DNA of 64,000 bases. Source: Lama guanicoe (taxonomy: Eukaryota). The stretch is taken from NCBI GenBank assembly GCA_013239625.1, contig MU053934.1, positions 1,271,285 to 1,335,284 on the forward strand, written 5' to 3'. The notes beneath the pieces were generated by a model. That model was given only the letters and a program-made list of their open reading frames with translations. It did not search any database and was not told where the DNA came from. This document shows, piece by piece, positions 1 to 13,086 of this stretch (positions within the stretch are counted from its first letter, which is position 1; each line of letters starts with the position of its first letter). The position numbers and the translations under genes are program-made.

Positions 1-205
1 AAGGTGATTCAGTTATATATATGTTCTTTCTTAGATTCTTTTCCATTATACTTTATTACAAGATATTGAATAGTTTCCTGGGCTATACAATAGATTCTTG
101 TTGTTTATCTATTTTGTACATACTAGTGTGTATATGTTAATCCCAAACTCCTAATTTATCTCTCCCCCTGACCCCGCTTTCCCCTTTGATAACCGTAAGT
201 TTTCT
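1..205 (-). mobile_element. LINE-1 3' UTR fragment (cetartiodactyl-type), cut by window edge
   Basis: Reverse complement resembles the L1 3' UTRs at 18170, 38283 and 62400 (gggagataaattaggagtttgggatt...aaacaacaag...tatagcccaggaaactattc). Confidence 0.85.
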
Positions 206-267
206 CCCTGGTGACCTTATACCTTTATAACGTGGACAAATGGGAATCTTACAAAGCCATGCCACGT

Positions 268-675
268 GGATTAAGACCGTGAGTTTGGAATGACACTGCT
301 GGGTTCAACTTGCAGCTCTTCTGCCTTTAAGCTATACTTCTTTGGTCAAATTATATACATTTCTGTATTTCAGTGACCTCAGTCATAAAATAGGAATAAT
401 CATTGAGCCAATCTCTTAGTGTTGTTTATGCAGTTAAATAATTTAATACATATAAAGCAGTGTCCTTATATATATCATATATACAGATGACATAATTCCC
501 TACATAGAAAATCCCAAAGAATCAAACAGAAACCACCTGGAACTAACAAATGATTATAGCAAGGTTGCAGGATACAAGGTTAATACACAAAAGCCATTTG
601 TATTCCTATATACCAACAACAATTAGAATAAAATTAAAACATATATAGCATTTAGTTAATGTGAGCTATTATTAT
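268..675 (+). mobile_element. MIR SINE interrupted by an L1 fragment
   Basis: MIR-like core ctgggttcaacttgcagctct...cataaaataggaataat up to ~465; MIR tail aatgtgagctattatt resumes at ~655. Confidence 0.7.
482..652 (+). mobile_element. Old LINE-1 ORF2 internal fragment (reverse transcriptase catalytic DD region)
   Basis: Translates roughly as TDDIIPYIENPKESNRNHLELTNDYSKVAGYKVNTQK, matching the L1 ORF2 motif FADDMIxYxENP...LLELINxFSKVAGYKINxQKS. Confidence 0.85.
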
Positions 676-2244
676 ATGAAGAGGTTACAGCTGCAGGAAG
701 CAAGGTGCTTCCATTTTTGTTCTATTCATTTGTCTCAGTCTAACCCTCTTTAGGCCAGTCCCTGACTTCAGCACCAGTCACTGTGGCATAATCTCAAGGC
801 ACTCCGATGAGTGGTCTCTGTCACTGGCCTCATTCTCCTAATGAGAGACTGAACCCTGGAGGAGACCTACGGATCTGTACAGGGTCACGGGGTGGTCATC
901 ATCATCATCAAGACTCAGCACCTTCATCTCTAGGCTCTTACCCAGCCAGTGAGCCATGCTGGTCATTGAACTAAAATGAGGCATTTGGCAGAGAAGATGG
1001 GGAGAGAGATCCTTCGGAAACTTGAGAAAGATGGGTGAGGTCCATAAAGGAAAAAAAAATCACCCTTTCACCAAACAAAAGAAGTCTTGCTTCCCAACCC
1101 TGACTTGAAGACACTTTTCACTCTATACAGAAGCGCTCCAGTCTGGCTGGGAGATTTTTTATTGCATTAGCAATAAAAATTTCCCAAAAGTAGCTGTGCA
1201 TCTTTTGGACCAGACAAGTCCTGTGCAAACTCAGACAAGTCACTCTGCCTCTTTGGATCTTAGTTTCTTTGCTTGAAAAGTAAAATGATGCCTGCCCTGT
1301 CTGCTTATCGGCTATAGTGAGAACCAAGTAAAACGATGGACAAAAGAGAGCTATTCAAATTGCAAAATAGAGTCTTTATATAACTATTTTAAAAATGGGG
1401 AAAGAAAGTCTTCCCCAATGAGGCTGTGGCCTGGTCCTTTACAAAGATGTTGAAGTGTGTTGTCCTGTTGACATTTCTGCATGGATCCTAGGGAATAAAA
1501 ACATGTCATCCATATGTACACACTCAAGGGCTCATTAATTTGTGTTTGTGGATAGAAATATATGCATGTGAATACATGTAAAAAGGCATCATTTATGGTA
1601 CTCTAACGGTCCCTGGATTTTGGAACTTAGGAGAAACCAAAAGCGGGAATCTGCAGGAACTCAGTGGTCCAGTGGAGTAATTGTGAACTGAGGCTTTGAA
1701 ACCAAACAGAACTGGGTTCAAATCATTTGTTCAAAGTCTCTGATGCTCAGATACACTAGCAGGGCAAAAAGGGAAGAAGATCCTATCTCAGGAACTATTC
1801 TGCAATACACTTGTATGTAAATATTCATACAAATGTTAAAAATATAAATGCCTATGAACTTCCTCGGTTGACTGGGAAAGAGAAGGAGATCGCTATTGTT
1901 ACACTCTGAACACTGTGCCAAGCCCTTGGTATGCACTACATCCTTGGAATCCTTATAGGGTTCCTGAGATGTAGTGCCAATCTCCTTCAGAGCTTGCAGA
2001 CTGTGTGTCTCATGCTAAAACCCATACATACGAGTGGACCAGGGCTGTCAAATGCTGCCACAGATCAAAGGGTTCATGGGAGGAGCCAGAGGAGGCTGGG
2101 GCACGACAGTATTGAGAGGCTCATGTCAGGTAAGTTGGCAAAGATTCCTCCCTCAACATCTGGGCTTTTTAGCATCTCAGACCCTGTTCTGAGGAACTTC
2201 ACTGTATTCTCCTGATGAAAAGGAACAGAATTATAACAATGTTA

Positions 2245-2430
2245 ATGATAAACATCTGCCATTTATCAAGCCCTCACTGTATGCCGGCACCATTATAAGC
2301 ATTGTACATGTATTAAGACATTTCTTAACTGTCCTATGATGTAAGTATTGTTATCCCATTTTTCAGAAGAAGAAGCTGAGACACAGGGAAATGAAATAAC
2401 ATGCCTACAGTTATATAGTGAGCCAAGGCA
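2245..2430 (-). mobile_element. MIR SINE
   Basis: tatgccggcacc...ttatcccatttttcagaagaagaagctgagacacag is antisense MIR core. Confidence 0.75.
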
Positions 2431-3649
2431 CTCATTTTTCCCAACAAATAATTCTGACAGCATGAATGTTGGAAAAATTCAGATAGCATCCAGAATCACC
2501 TTTGTGAATCACGAAGACAGTTATGTATTAAGTCTCTTCTCTGTAGTCAACACATGTTATTGAATTCTCACAACAGCCCTGTGGGGTGTTTCTTATCCTC
2601 ATTTTCTCTGTAGGAAATTAAGGCTCAGAGATTTAAAATAATTTCATGCCACTGATGGCTAGAATGTGGGAAAAGAGGGATGAAACCCACAGCTGTCTGG
2701 CTCCACTGGAAGGCAGAGCCTCCAATTCAGGAATGAGGCTCCTATGTTCTTATTTATCATCCTTCCCAGCCCCTCACTCCTCACCAAAGCTCCAGGCTCA
2801 CTGCAGCCTCCCCAGGAGCTAGTCCAGAGGTCCCAGAAGGCAAGTCTTGTCTTCCCATTGCCTGTTTTTCCCACCAAGCACAGTAACCGTTTCTCTGGTG
2901 GTTCAGAGAAGGCTGTGACCAGGACAAATCCTCCTTGCTCTTGGCGTCCTCAACTTCTCTCCAACAACCCAGAGTCAGCCTACTTTTTGATGTCAGATAA
3001 TTTTCTTCTCATAAAGCCATAGGGCTGTAGAAATTCTAGTAATATAACGAAACTTAGTGATGAAACAGTCTACTCTTTTATTTTACAGAGGGAGAAATTG
3101 AGACGCTTCCTGAAAACACCAGCCCATGCTGCCCCTGGCCCCCCACAGTCACGTGTATGGTGGGGTTCTGTTGTAGCTGAGGACTGTCTGCTTGTCACAC
3201 ATCTGAGGACTGTCTGCCTGTCTTATATTTCCTCTGGTTGTCTCTTTTGTATCTTGTCTTTCAGTTAAAACATCAAGCAATCAGACATTCAAGCCAGAGG
3301 GGCCACCAAGAATTCAATACCTTCATGTTCCTGCTGAGGAGCTGAGAGGAGAGAAGGACAAGGTCTTGACCAAAGCCCCATGGCCCCTTGTAGCAGAGCT
3401 GGAGGGAGGTACAGATCCCCGTGGTCTCAGGCCAGTCCTCTGGCTAATTCTACCAAAAGTAGGTGATATACTTCTACTGGCCTTACTTCTAGTGTTGTCC
3501 AATAAAGACTGGTTGAATAGAGTCAAGACCAATTCCCATCCAACATGACCAAACCAGCCCTGAAACAGACAGGCCAGCCAACGAATTCTTAGAGGAAGAC
3601 AGTTAGGATGGGCAGAGGATTACACAGAATCAGAGTAAATAAAATAAAA

Positions 3650-3895
3650 ATAGTAATACCAGTAGCTAAAATGTGTTGAATTCTCAACAGTTGGCACGGA
3701 TTAACTGCTTTAATCCCCACCGCCATCTATGAAGGAAGTATTATTATTATCCCTACTTGACAGATGAGAAAACCAAGGTGCACAGAAATAAAGCACTTGG
3801 CCCAAAGTCACACAGCCGGTAAGTGACACTGCCAGGGTTCAAACCCAGTCTCTCTGACTCCACAAGGCAGGCGCTTAACTATTGCACCACGTGGC
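3650..3895 (-). mobile_element. MIR SINE, near full length
   Basis: attatccctacttgacagatgagaaaaccaaggtgcacag...cccaaagtcacacagc...gggttcaaacccagtctctctgactcc. Confidence 0.85.
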
Positions 3896-3960
3896 CTCTT
3901 AGCTGATGACTCTCTTCCAGACTGTCAGCTCCTGGAGGACAGGGGTAATGTCTTACTCGC

Positions 3961-4085
3961 TGTCTTCATCCATTCAGACTGCTATAATGAAACACCGTAA
4001 CTGAGTGGCTTATAAACAACAGAAATTTATTTCTCCTAGTTCTGAGGACTGGAAGTGTGAGACCAGGATGCCAGCATGGTTGCAT
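3961..4085 (-). mobile_element. MaLR LTR (MLT1A/B-like) 3' end fragment
   Basis: tgtcttcatccattcagactgctataa...ggcttataaacaacagaaatttatttctc...gttctg...ggaagt is the characteristic antisense MLT1 end. Confidence 0.8.
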
Positions 4086-7000
4086 GAAGGGGTTTGAACC
4101 GAAAGATTTCTAGGCCTCTTTCCAGCTTTAAATAATAACCAAGTGAAATGACTAGAAACAAAATGTCTTTCAGCCCATCTGGCTCCTTGGTGGGGGAACC
4201 AGCACAGGGCTTTATTATAGTCAGGGGCTGGGGATGAGCTCCAAACTGAAAGGAGAGCGTTGGGGAGGGTTTTGTTTACTGTGACAATAACTCACAGGGA
4301 CATGGTGTTCTCCCCTTCGCAGCCCCTTTTTATGTAGAATCTCATTTCTCCCGTGCTACAGCCCCCTGAATGTAGTCAGGCTCACGCTGTAGGGGAGGAA
4401 GACCGTTGCAGGAGCACATCAGGAATTTGTTCAGCTGCAAGTAACGGAAGACCTGACCCGTGTGGTTGAAGGAATGAGGAGCTTGTCTTTTCACAAGAAA
4501 ACAGGAAGGCCAGAGGGAGGCAGTTACAGGTGCAGCCACGGTGGGGCGGGGCTGGCATCTCATTAGTTTTCTCGCGTTTTTTTTTCTTTTGTGGTCGTAA
4601 AATAGTCTAGACATCCCATCTGCAGTCTGGGCAGGATGAAGGGGAAATGGGTACACTAGTGACCAGGAGGTGGCAAAGCTGGGACTCAAATTCAGGTCTT
4701 GACTGGATGTTAAGGGCTCAACCTACTGAGACTTCTGCCTCCCATTTAGCCTCTCTGTAACAAGAAACCGTATTGAAAAATGGATGAGAGAACAAACTTT
4801 AGGCTTGGATTCCCTGGGTTAAGATCTATACTTGCTGTGTGACCTTAAGCAAGCTACTTAACCTCTCTGGCTTCAATAAAAGAGGCAATTCATTCAAGAC
4901 AACAAATATGAGCTGAGTTCCTTCTATTTCAGGCACTGTTCTCAATGCTGCCAGTGACCACAATAGAAATAAAAGTACCCACTGAATAGTGGTATTTGTG
5001 GGATTTGATGAGACAACACAAGTAAATAAAATACTTAATTCTACAGTGTCCAGCACTAGCAAGCAATCAGGGAATGTTATTACCACCATCAGAGTAATTG
5101 CTATTAGCCGCTCTCCTCTCCTTTCCTGGGCTCTCTGAGACTGTCCTTTATACCCTGGTCACTGCGCACAGCAAGATGATGGATGTAGGTCAGCTGTGGA
5201 CACTGCCGCTGGCAGGCACAGAATTACACTGCCTGAGATGCCCGGGAAGCTGCCTAATGCTCCAGTGTGAGTTGTGTGTTTGCTGGCCCAGAAGTCTGGA
5301 GAAGGAAGCCACTTTCCCCCTTGACGCCCAGCAGAGCAGAACTGATGGAGGCGCCAGAACCAGTAGCCTCCAGCCACAGAAAGGGGATGCGGCTCTCCCT
5401 GCAACTTTGACAGTCACGAGAAAGTGAGCTGGAGGAAGAGGGAACTTGGGACCCTCTGGGAGGATAGTAATGGGAAATGAATGCTTTACTTTGAAACACT
5501 GAGTCTGGAATGAGAAGTTTCAACAGGGAGAGTTAAGGTCTGTACCAAAGTAGGAGATGGGGGACTGCATGACAATGACCTTGAAGAGGAGAGGAAGGGA
5601 ACTAACATTTAGTGTCCTCCTCCTACGTGTAGACACTTGATAGACTGTATCTCCTCAGACCCCTGTGACCAAGAGAGGCAAAATGGTGCCCATTGTTAAA
5701 GGGGGAAGTTAAGAGAACAGTTAGCCAAAGCCCAGATATCAATCCCTGCTCAGCTGGTTGCTACTAAATCCTGTGCTATCTCAGGGAAATTACTTAACCT
5801 CTCTGAGTCGGTTCCCTTATGTGTTATGAGAGTGGTAAAGCCCCACACACATGATGAGTGAAAAATAACGATGGCACAGGCTCGAAAAAGAGCAGTTGCT
5901 GCTGCTGTTTGTCTTCTTATTCTCACTGCTGCCACTGCCTCAATTCCTAGTAGATTTTGATGCCACAGGACATTTGGATGATTCTGACTCATTCTGCTAA
6001 AAGGCTTCTTGGCCGTTTGCATGTAATGATCCATTCTTCACGTCTGAACATTACAGAAGGGGTGTGTGGATTCAAGAAGAGCTTAAGCCATTTTGTTCCC
6101 TGGAGATAACTGAGATAAGTTATAGCAAGTGGTTGGGAAGGAAAAACACAATACAGGAAGCCCCCCATTCAGGGGCTCAAATGACAAAGCTTCCATTGTC
6201 AGCTTACCTGTCCCTTCCCTCTCTCTTATAGGCTGTGAGGATGGACTGATGTGACCTCAAAAGCCAGGTCTGCCGCAAGTTGGCGAGTGACCTGCATTTG
6301 CTGTGCCTCAGGCTCCTTATACAGAAAATTGAGAGAGTTACACTTCAGGGAAGTTTGGGCACAAAAATTCTTCTTGCCTGTCACAAAATGTATTCTTTTC
6401 AGAAGGCATTGCATAAATGGTTCAGAATATCAAGAACAGACATTTGAAGTTCTTTCCAGCATGGGTTAAGGTCTTCCCAGCCCAACCCAAGCCATGCTAT
6501 CTTTAATTCACACCCATCATTCTTGGATCAGGCCTGGGAACCCCTTCTCCATAGCACTGCATCTCTGAAGCTCACTGCAGTCTCAGGGATGGGAACTTGC
6601 TTTCTCTAGTTCAGTAAAACGACTTTTAGGGTCAGGCCTTAGCCAAATCCAAAAGGAAGAGATCACATAGTTATAATTCCCTCTCTCCGTATAGTTCTAT
6701 AATTTAGATTTAGGTTGCATTCATCAGACTCAAAATTCTGACCACTGGGATTGTAAGGCAGGTGAGAGCCTTGGGTTCCCAAGCCGCAGCATCCCCTCGC
6801 CCATTCTAGTGGTCTAGTCTAGCTCTACCTGGATACACCCTCCAGTTTGCTCAGTGGGTGCCCTGCATTACATTCCAAAGCCTCTCAAAATCTGGGACTC
6901 CCCAAGCCTAAGTCCTCCATAGGATCCTTACACCATTCCTAGTGTTTGATTATCTGCTTCTCTCTCGTCCCAGATCTGCCCCTCCCTGCCTCAGGCTGCC

Positions 7001-8399
7001 AACTGAGTCAGTCCTAACCCTAGGGTACCCCTCACCACTAACTTCCATTGATACCCTGTCACCCCTCTGCTCTTTGTTCCCCACCTGTTCAGCTACTTCA
7101 ATAGGCCCCATGACCAAAACTGAGTCCGAGATAGAGGCAGCCCCTCAGACCCTACACCTGGATGTCCCCCAGCTGTCCCTTCTGGAGCCAGCCTCTGTGA
7201 CCAGGGCAGTTTCCCCAGCTCCAACCCTGCCTGGTCCCAACTCCCTCTTCCCCTTTGTGGAGTCTGTGCTGCCAAGACCTGAACATGCTGATTTCAAGCC
7301 CAACCAAGCACAAATAAGCACCTTCCTTCCCAGAATGCTTCATTCATCATGTCCCACACCAAGCACAGAAATCCAGAACAGAGAGAGAGTTAATGCAGGC
7401 GGGGACTCCCCCAGCCCCGGCAGCTCTAGATTGCCTTTGGCCTCATGCATTCATCCATTTCTCATATTTAACAAACATTTATTGACCACGCCGTATATGC
7501 CAGCCACTGGAAAACTGCAGGAAAAGAGAGAGAGAGGATCTACCTTCATTACACTTAGACTCTAGTGGGGGGAACAGAGTGTAGATGGCCACACGAGGCA
7601 CCACACAGGAATTAAACAATCGCGGTGGATGCCAGAGAGAAAGTGTACAACCCTGGTTCACGGAACACAGAGGGACCAGTGACCAGCCCTCCATTTTTCA
7701 CAAGTGACATAAGAAGGAGATTTACACAAATCTACTTTCTGACTCACAAATTCTTCAGCATTATTTCTGATTGTCTTTAACTTCAGTACAAGCCATGAGT
7801 TTATGATTCAAAGAAAAATAAAAAGCAAACTTCAACCTTTTGAATACCATTAGCTCTATTAATCGCTTTTTAGCTCCTTGGAAAGAAAGTTGAAAAAACC
7901 AAAGAGAACTCTCCAGATAGATAAATGCCAAGTATTGTTTGATGATTACAGTTCACATTACAGAGACCAGGAAAGGGCTGGGAGGCAGAAAGAAGGCACC
8001 TCTGGGATTTCACAGGCTGGAGACCCCATGCATTTTTCTAATTCAAATAGGATAAGCCTCAGAGGCCCTTGATGCAAGATGGTTTTTAAGTGTTTCCAAG
8101 CTTCCTGAGAAAGAAAACCGCCTTCTTCATCAGAATTATTCAGCTGTGGCATTACTGCTTAGCATGGGATGTGGAGGGTGATGGCATTTCTCACGTAGCC
8201 CGCCTCACCCACCCGTGCTGACCCTCTTTTCTCCCTGGATGATTTGTTTATGGCTAAAGCCACCCTGAGCTCACTCCCTGTTCCTTTCCTGGCCCCTCCC
8301 CATTCTGTCTTCCCACGACACTTTCCCCAAGCCTCAAATCCCCCTGCCACACTGCCACCACCTGCCTCCCCTCCACCCTCTCTCCAGAATCACCTCATG

Positions 8400-8575
8400 C
8401 TCTGAGATCTTGGGCAGATGACAGAAGTTCTCTGTACCTCAGTTTCCCCATCAGTAAAATGAGGGTAACAATAATGTCTATCTGAGAGGGTCTGGTGAGG
8501 GTTCAATGAGTGAGTGCACAGAACGCAGCCCGGCACATCTGAAATGCCGGCGGTACAGAGGTTAGCTGTTGTTCA
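8400..8575 (+). mobile_element. MIR SINE
   Basis: cttgggcagatgacag...ctctgtacctcagtttccccatcagtaaaatgagggtaacaata. Confidence 0.8.
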
Positions 8576-9639
8576 TCACGATGGCAGCAGAGGTATATGC
8601 TTTGCAGGATTCCTGTGGAAACTACATGTGGGAGTGATTGGCACCGTGCACCTTGTACTGCAGGGGCTGATGGGAGTCTCAGAGCTAGAGGTCAGGGAGC
8701 GGATGTTCTAGGAGCAAAGGAGCGAGGAAACGGGAAGACTAAAAACTGTAGTCAGAGATGGGTCCCTTGAGGATACAGGCTGTGTCTCTCTTTATGTCTT
8801 CTGTTTACCCAAAGCACAGTATAGGGTCTGGCATAGAGTTGACACCCAGGGAAGGGAAGGCATGGGGGATGGGGGTGGGGGAGGGAGACGAGGAGAGGAA
8901 AGTCACATACATGAGTGGGTAACAGGAGTGGGTAGTGGAGGTTGATGGAGGTGAAGATCCCTGAATCTTAGAAAGCCAAGGATATATGAGGGGAAGGTAC
9001 AGGAAGTTCACCTCATAGGCATCCAGGTCCTTCCAGATAAGGACAGGATAGGTTGTGGCTAGGAAGCTCCCTCCACCGGGGTCAGGGTCTTCAAGAAGGT
9101 TCAAGAGGGACCAGGACGCTGAGAAATGTCAGCAACAAGGAGAGATGGAGGGGGTAGAACTGGAGGGCGGCATGAGTCTCAGAAGAAGGGCTTCCACACC
9201 AAAACGGGGGAGTAATGACGGAACGTCTGAGGTCAGGAGAATGTTCTCTGGCACGCGGTAGTGAGGTGTGCAGCTCCACATGGGGGTGGCAGGTGAGGAG
9301 GCATCTTGAGGGAAAAGGCAGCCCCTACAGCAAAAGATGGAAAGCAGAGAGGCAGTCAGGGAAGCAGGGGCGTGTGTCTGCCGGCAGCATCACCGTTAGA
9401 GCGGGATGGTCCCCAGTTCTCTGTGGGAGCACAGAAACTCACTTCCGTTTTATGCTGCCCATACTTTATTTTAACAAGCCTCTATTCGTACTTGACAGTG
9501 AGAAAATTAAATTTAGTCCAATTCAGCCCACATAACCCTGTCTAGTCATTTCTCCAGGCACTTCTGTTTCTGTTTTAAGACTTAGCCTCATCTCAGGTAA
9601 ATATTCAACCTGATGTAGGTATCACTATTATTATTATTA

Positions 9640-9770
9640 CCAGTAACTAGAATGTGAGCTGTAAGAGGGCAGGGGCGTGGACCAATCGGTTTACCACTGT
9701 GCGCACAGCACCTAAAATACTCCCTGGCTCAACTGAGCAGGTGCTCAATTACTATTTGTTGAATGGATAA
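9640..9770 (+). mobile_element. L2 LINE 3' end
   Basis: actagaatgtgagctgtaagagggcagggg...caggtgctcaattactatttgttgaatggat. Confidence 0.8.
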
Positions 9771-10035
9771 CTGTCCAGCTCAAAGCCTCTTGCCTGGTAC
9801 ACACTCTGTTCCCAACTGTAAGGGGTCTCCATGCTGCCCTCTCCTCCACAGCAAGGGATGAGGTGCTAAACCTGGGCACATCCAGCTGCTGGATGCATGA
9901 TTTTGGAGCATGATTCATGATCTCTGGGCCCCCAGCATGGTCTCCTGTGCAGCCTCCTGCCATGGGTAACCCTATCAAGAGAGCATTCTTCTTGGCCCAA
10001 ATACTGGTTTCTCACTTTACCAAGAAGGGTCCTGG

Positions 10036-10815
10036 AAATGCTGGAGAGGCTGTGGAGAAAGGGGAACCCTCCTACACTGCTGGTGGGAATGCAGTTTGGT
10101 GCAGCCACTATGGAAAACAGTGTGGAGATTCCTCAAAAGACTAGGAATAGACTTACCATATGACCCAGGAATCCCACTCCTGGGCTTGTATCCAGAAGGA
10201 ACCCTACTTCAGGATGACACCTGCACCCCAATGTTCATAGCAGCACTATTTACAATAGCCAAAACATGGAAACAGCCTAAATGTCCATCAACAGGTGACT
10301 GGATAAAGAAGAGGTGGTATATTTATACAATGGAATACTACTCAGCCATAAAAACCGACAACATAATGCCATTTGCAGCAACATGGATGCTCCTAGAGAA
10401 TGTCATTCTAAGTGAAGTAAGCCAGAAAGAGAAAGAAAAATACCATATGAGATCGCTCATATGTGGAATCTAAAAAACAAAAACAAACAAACAAACAAAA
10501 ACAAAGCATAAATACAGGACAGAAATAGACTCATGGACAGAGAATACAGACTTGTGGTTACCAGGGGGGTAGAGGGTGGGAAGGGATAGACTGGGATTTC
10601 AAAATTGTAGAATAGATAAACAAGATTACACTGTATAGCACAGGGAAATATACACAAAATGTTATGATAAATCACAGAGAAAAAAATGTGACAATGAGTG
10701 TGTATATGTCCATGAATGACTGAAAAATTGTGCTGAACACTGGAATTTGACACAACATTGTAAAATGATTATAAATCAATAAAAAATGTTAAAAAAATTT
10801 TAAAAATTATAAAAA
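10036..10815 (+). mobile_element. Young 5'-truncated LINE-1 (ORF2 C-terminus, 3' UTR, A-rich tail) with 14-bp TSD
   Basis: Uninterrupted frame 10036-10473 ([19 protein letters not shown]...SLICGI*) is the L1 ORF2 Cys-rich C-terminus; aataaa and A-rich tail; perfect TSD aagaagggtcctgg at 10022-10035 and 10816-10829. Confidence 0.97.
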
Positions 10816-10890
10816 AAGAAGGGTCCTGGGATGGTGAGCCAGTCCTAGCCCTGCCTATACCCATGCTTTGTACTTCAGGCCCTGAGCAAC

Positions 10891-11295
10891 TGTATCAGTT
10901 AGCTCTTGTCACTACAGCGCTGTGGAACAAACTCCCCCAACCTCAGTGGCTGGCTGTGATAAGCAGCTGATATCACACTTACAGGTCTGTGGGCCAGCTG
11001 GAAAGCTCTGTTTCAGGCTTCAGGTCTGTGGGGTGGCTGGGGGACGGATGCAGTTTACTCCCCGTGTCTCTTGTTTTTCTGAAACAGCAGGCTACCCAAG
11101 GCACATTTTGCTCATGGTGATGGCAGAAGTGAAGAAAGAGTGGGCAGAAACACTTGGTGCCTCTCAAGCTCCAGGCTCAGAGCTGGGTCACTGTTATTCC
11201 CACCCACAGCCCACTTGCTAGCACCAGCTGCAGAGGTGACTGGATGGAGTAAAGGGTGATACTCCACTTCTCATGGGGGACAGTGGTGTCACTGG
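10891..11295 (-). mobile_element. Old MaLR LTR (MLT1-type)
   Basis: Begins tgtatcagttagct...aacaaactcccccaacctcagtggct; internal ttgctcatggtgatggcagaagtg. Confidence 0.7.
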
Positions 11296-12182
11296 ATAAA
11301 GAGTGTGGAGACAGGAAACTGACACATGGGAATCATACTGCATCATGCCATCAACGTGCTGGGAACTTGGGCCACCTCCCGGCGCTGACCTCTCTTTCAG
11401 CTGTCCCCCTCCACTGTCGCTTTGTGCCCAGCTCATGCAGGGTCTCTGTGTGAGCAACTGCCTTTCATTCTGTTTCCAAGACAGGAAGCAGGTGGCAGAA
11501 CAGGCTTTGGAATCTCCACTCTTCATGGGGAAACACATCGCCCCCCCAACCCTTCCTCTCTTAAAGTGGGAGGAAGGGATAGAAGGACTTCTGTCAAAAG
11601 TGCCCCCTCTCACCTTCAAGATTGCTTGACCCCATCCTCTGAGGTGGGGTGGGAACTGAATCAGCTATTCTTGCACTCCAGAGGGTCTCCTTTGAGGTTC
11701 ATCTTGGGTAAGTAGGCACCTTGGTTGTTAGTGATCCGGGTAGAAATAGAAGGAGGAAAATCACAACTCAGAGTTCAAATTATGACCACGAGGAAATACT
11801 GGCTATTCCACTACTTTGAACTGGGAACGGGGGCTTCAGAGGATGCCCAGAGAAAGCACAGAAGGAACAGTGGAGACAAAAACATATGGGGGAAATATAA
11901 TGCCCCCTCACGGGGCTTAAAAGGGACTTAACTAAGGAAATGTGGGTGTTTGATAAATATTTGTTTGATTGTGTTAAACTTTTAATTTGCTCCACCTCCA
12001 CTAAAAAGAGCTCTGGCCAGAAACACCACTGGGTAACTTTATTAAAAAATAGCAGTAGCAGGGCATGTGGTCTCAGAATAATAATATGCCAGTGTATGGG
12101 AGTAATTTAGCCAAAAAAAATGCATTATCTATCTTAAACTTCTGTAAGTGCCAACCTGGCCCAGGCACAATTTTTTAAGTGG

Positions 12183-12215
12183 CACACACACACACAAACA
12201 CACACACACACACAC
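12183..12215. repeat. (CA)n microsatellite with one interruption
   Basis: Direct reading. Confidence 0.95.
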
Positions 12216-12679
12216 GCGTGCACAAACCCTATTATTATACAAAGCAAATAAATGTACTAAGCAGGCTTCTCACTGAAAGGAAATGGCATGAAACAAAGTG
12301 AAAGTAATAATGCCCAGAAATTGTGGTTAATAAAAGCACAAAGCTGGCCCATTTTTGCTCCTTAATTTGTATTTTAAAATTACTACAAGTCATAGGCATT
12401 AGGTGGGTCATAGGCATAAACAACATTTCATCCACCACATAAAAGATAAAAGCTTAGCTTAACCCAGAGGCAGTGGCTTCCTACCACTAGAACCAAGTTC
12501 ATTCCATCAGGCACAGGATCTAAGGAAGAGATGACTTGAAGAAATTGGAGTGTTGCCTGCCTCCTGCTTGAAGTAAGTGGGGGCATCAAAGAGGTCTGGT
12601 ACATTTTAGGAAGTGGAAAGAGCCTGTGCTCTGAGTCTCTTTTTTGATATTATCTGACAGCTGAAGGATTAAGGTCTAC

Positions 12680-13086
12680 ACCAAAGCTAACCAGCTGTCC
12701 ACCAAATCCATTTACCTTTCACCCTGGGATAGCTAGACTATGTTTCCCAGTCTCCTCTGCTGTTCACTGGGGACATACGGCTGAGAACTGCCAGCGTGAT
12801 GTGGACAGACATGATGAATGCTACATCCAGGGCTTGACCCATAAACACCTCCCAGGTGAACCTTCATTCTCTCTATTCCTGTCTGCCAGCTGGATCTTGA
12901 TGCCTAGAGCAGCCAGAGAGCCACTATCAGCCTGGATGCATGCATGACTGTGTGGAATAGAGCCCAGCCCCATCCTCATTTCTCCTTTGAATGGACTTCA
13001 TGTGAGGGTGAAATATACTGCTGTATAAATCACTGAGTTTTGGAGTATATGCATTAATAGAAACTCCCACTACCTTAATTAATACG
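12680..13086 (+). mobile_element. Old MaLR LTR (MLT1J-like)
   Basis: gctagactatgtttcccagtctcctctgc...aaatcactgagttttggag...ccttaattaatac. Confidence 0.7.

Noticed and set aside
6942..7565. Longest ORF in the track (207 aa, Pro/Ser/Leu-rich)
   Set aside because: Starts at GTG, has no recognisable domain or splice context, and its 3' part runs into an antisense L2 end. Consistent with a chance ORF in C-rich DNA.
10096..10473. L1 ORF2-like ORFs (also 17542-17784 and 61895-62209) as functional genes
   Set aside because: They are 5'-truncated retrotransposon fragments lacking promoter, endonuclease and RT domains, so they are annotated as mobile elements.
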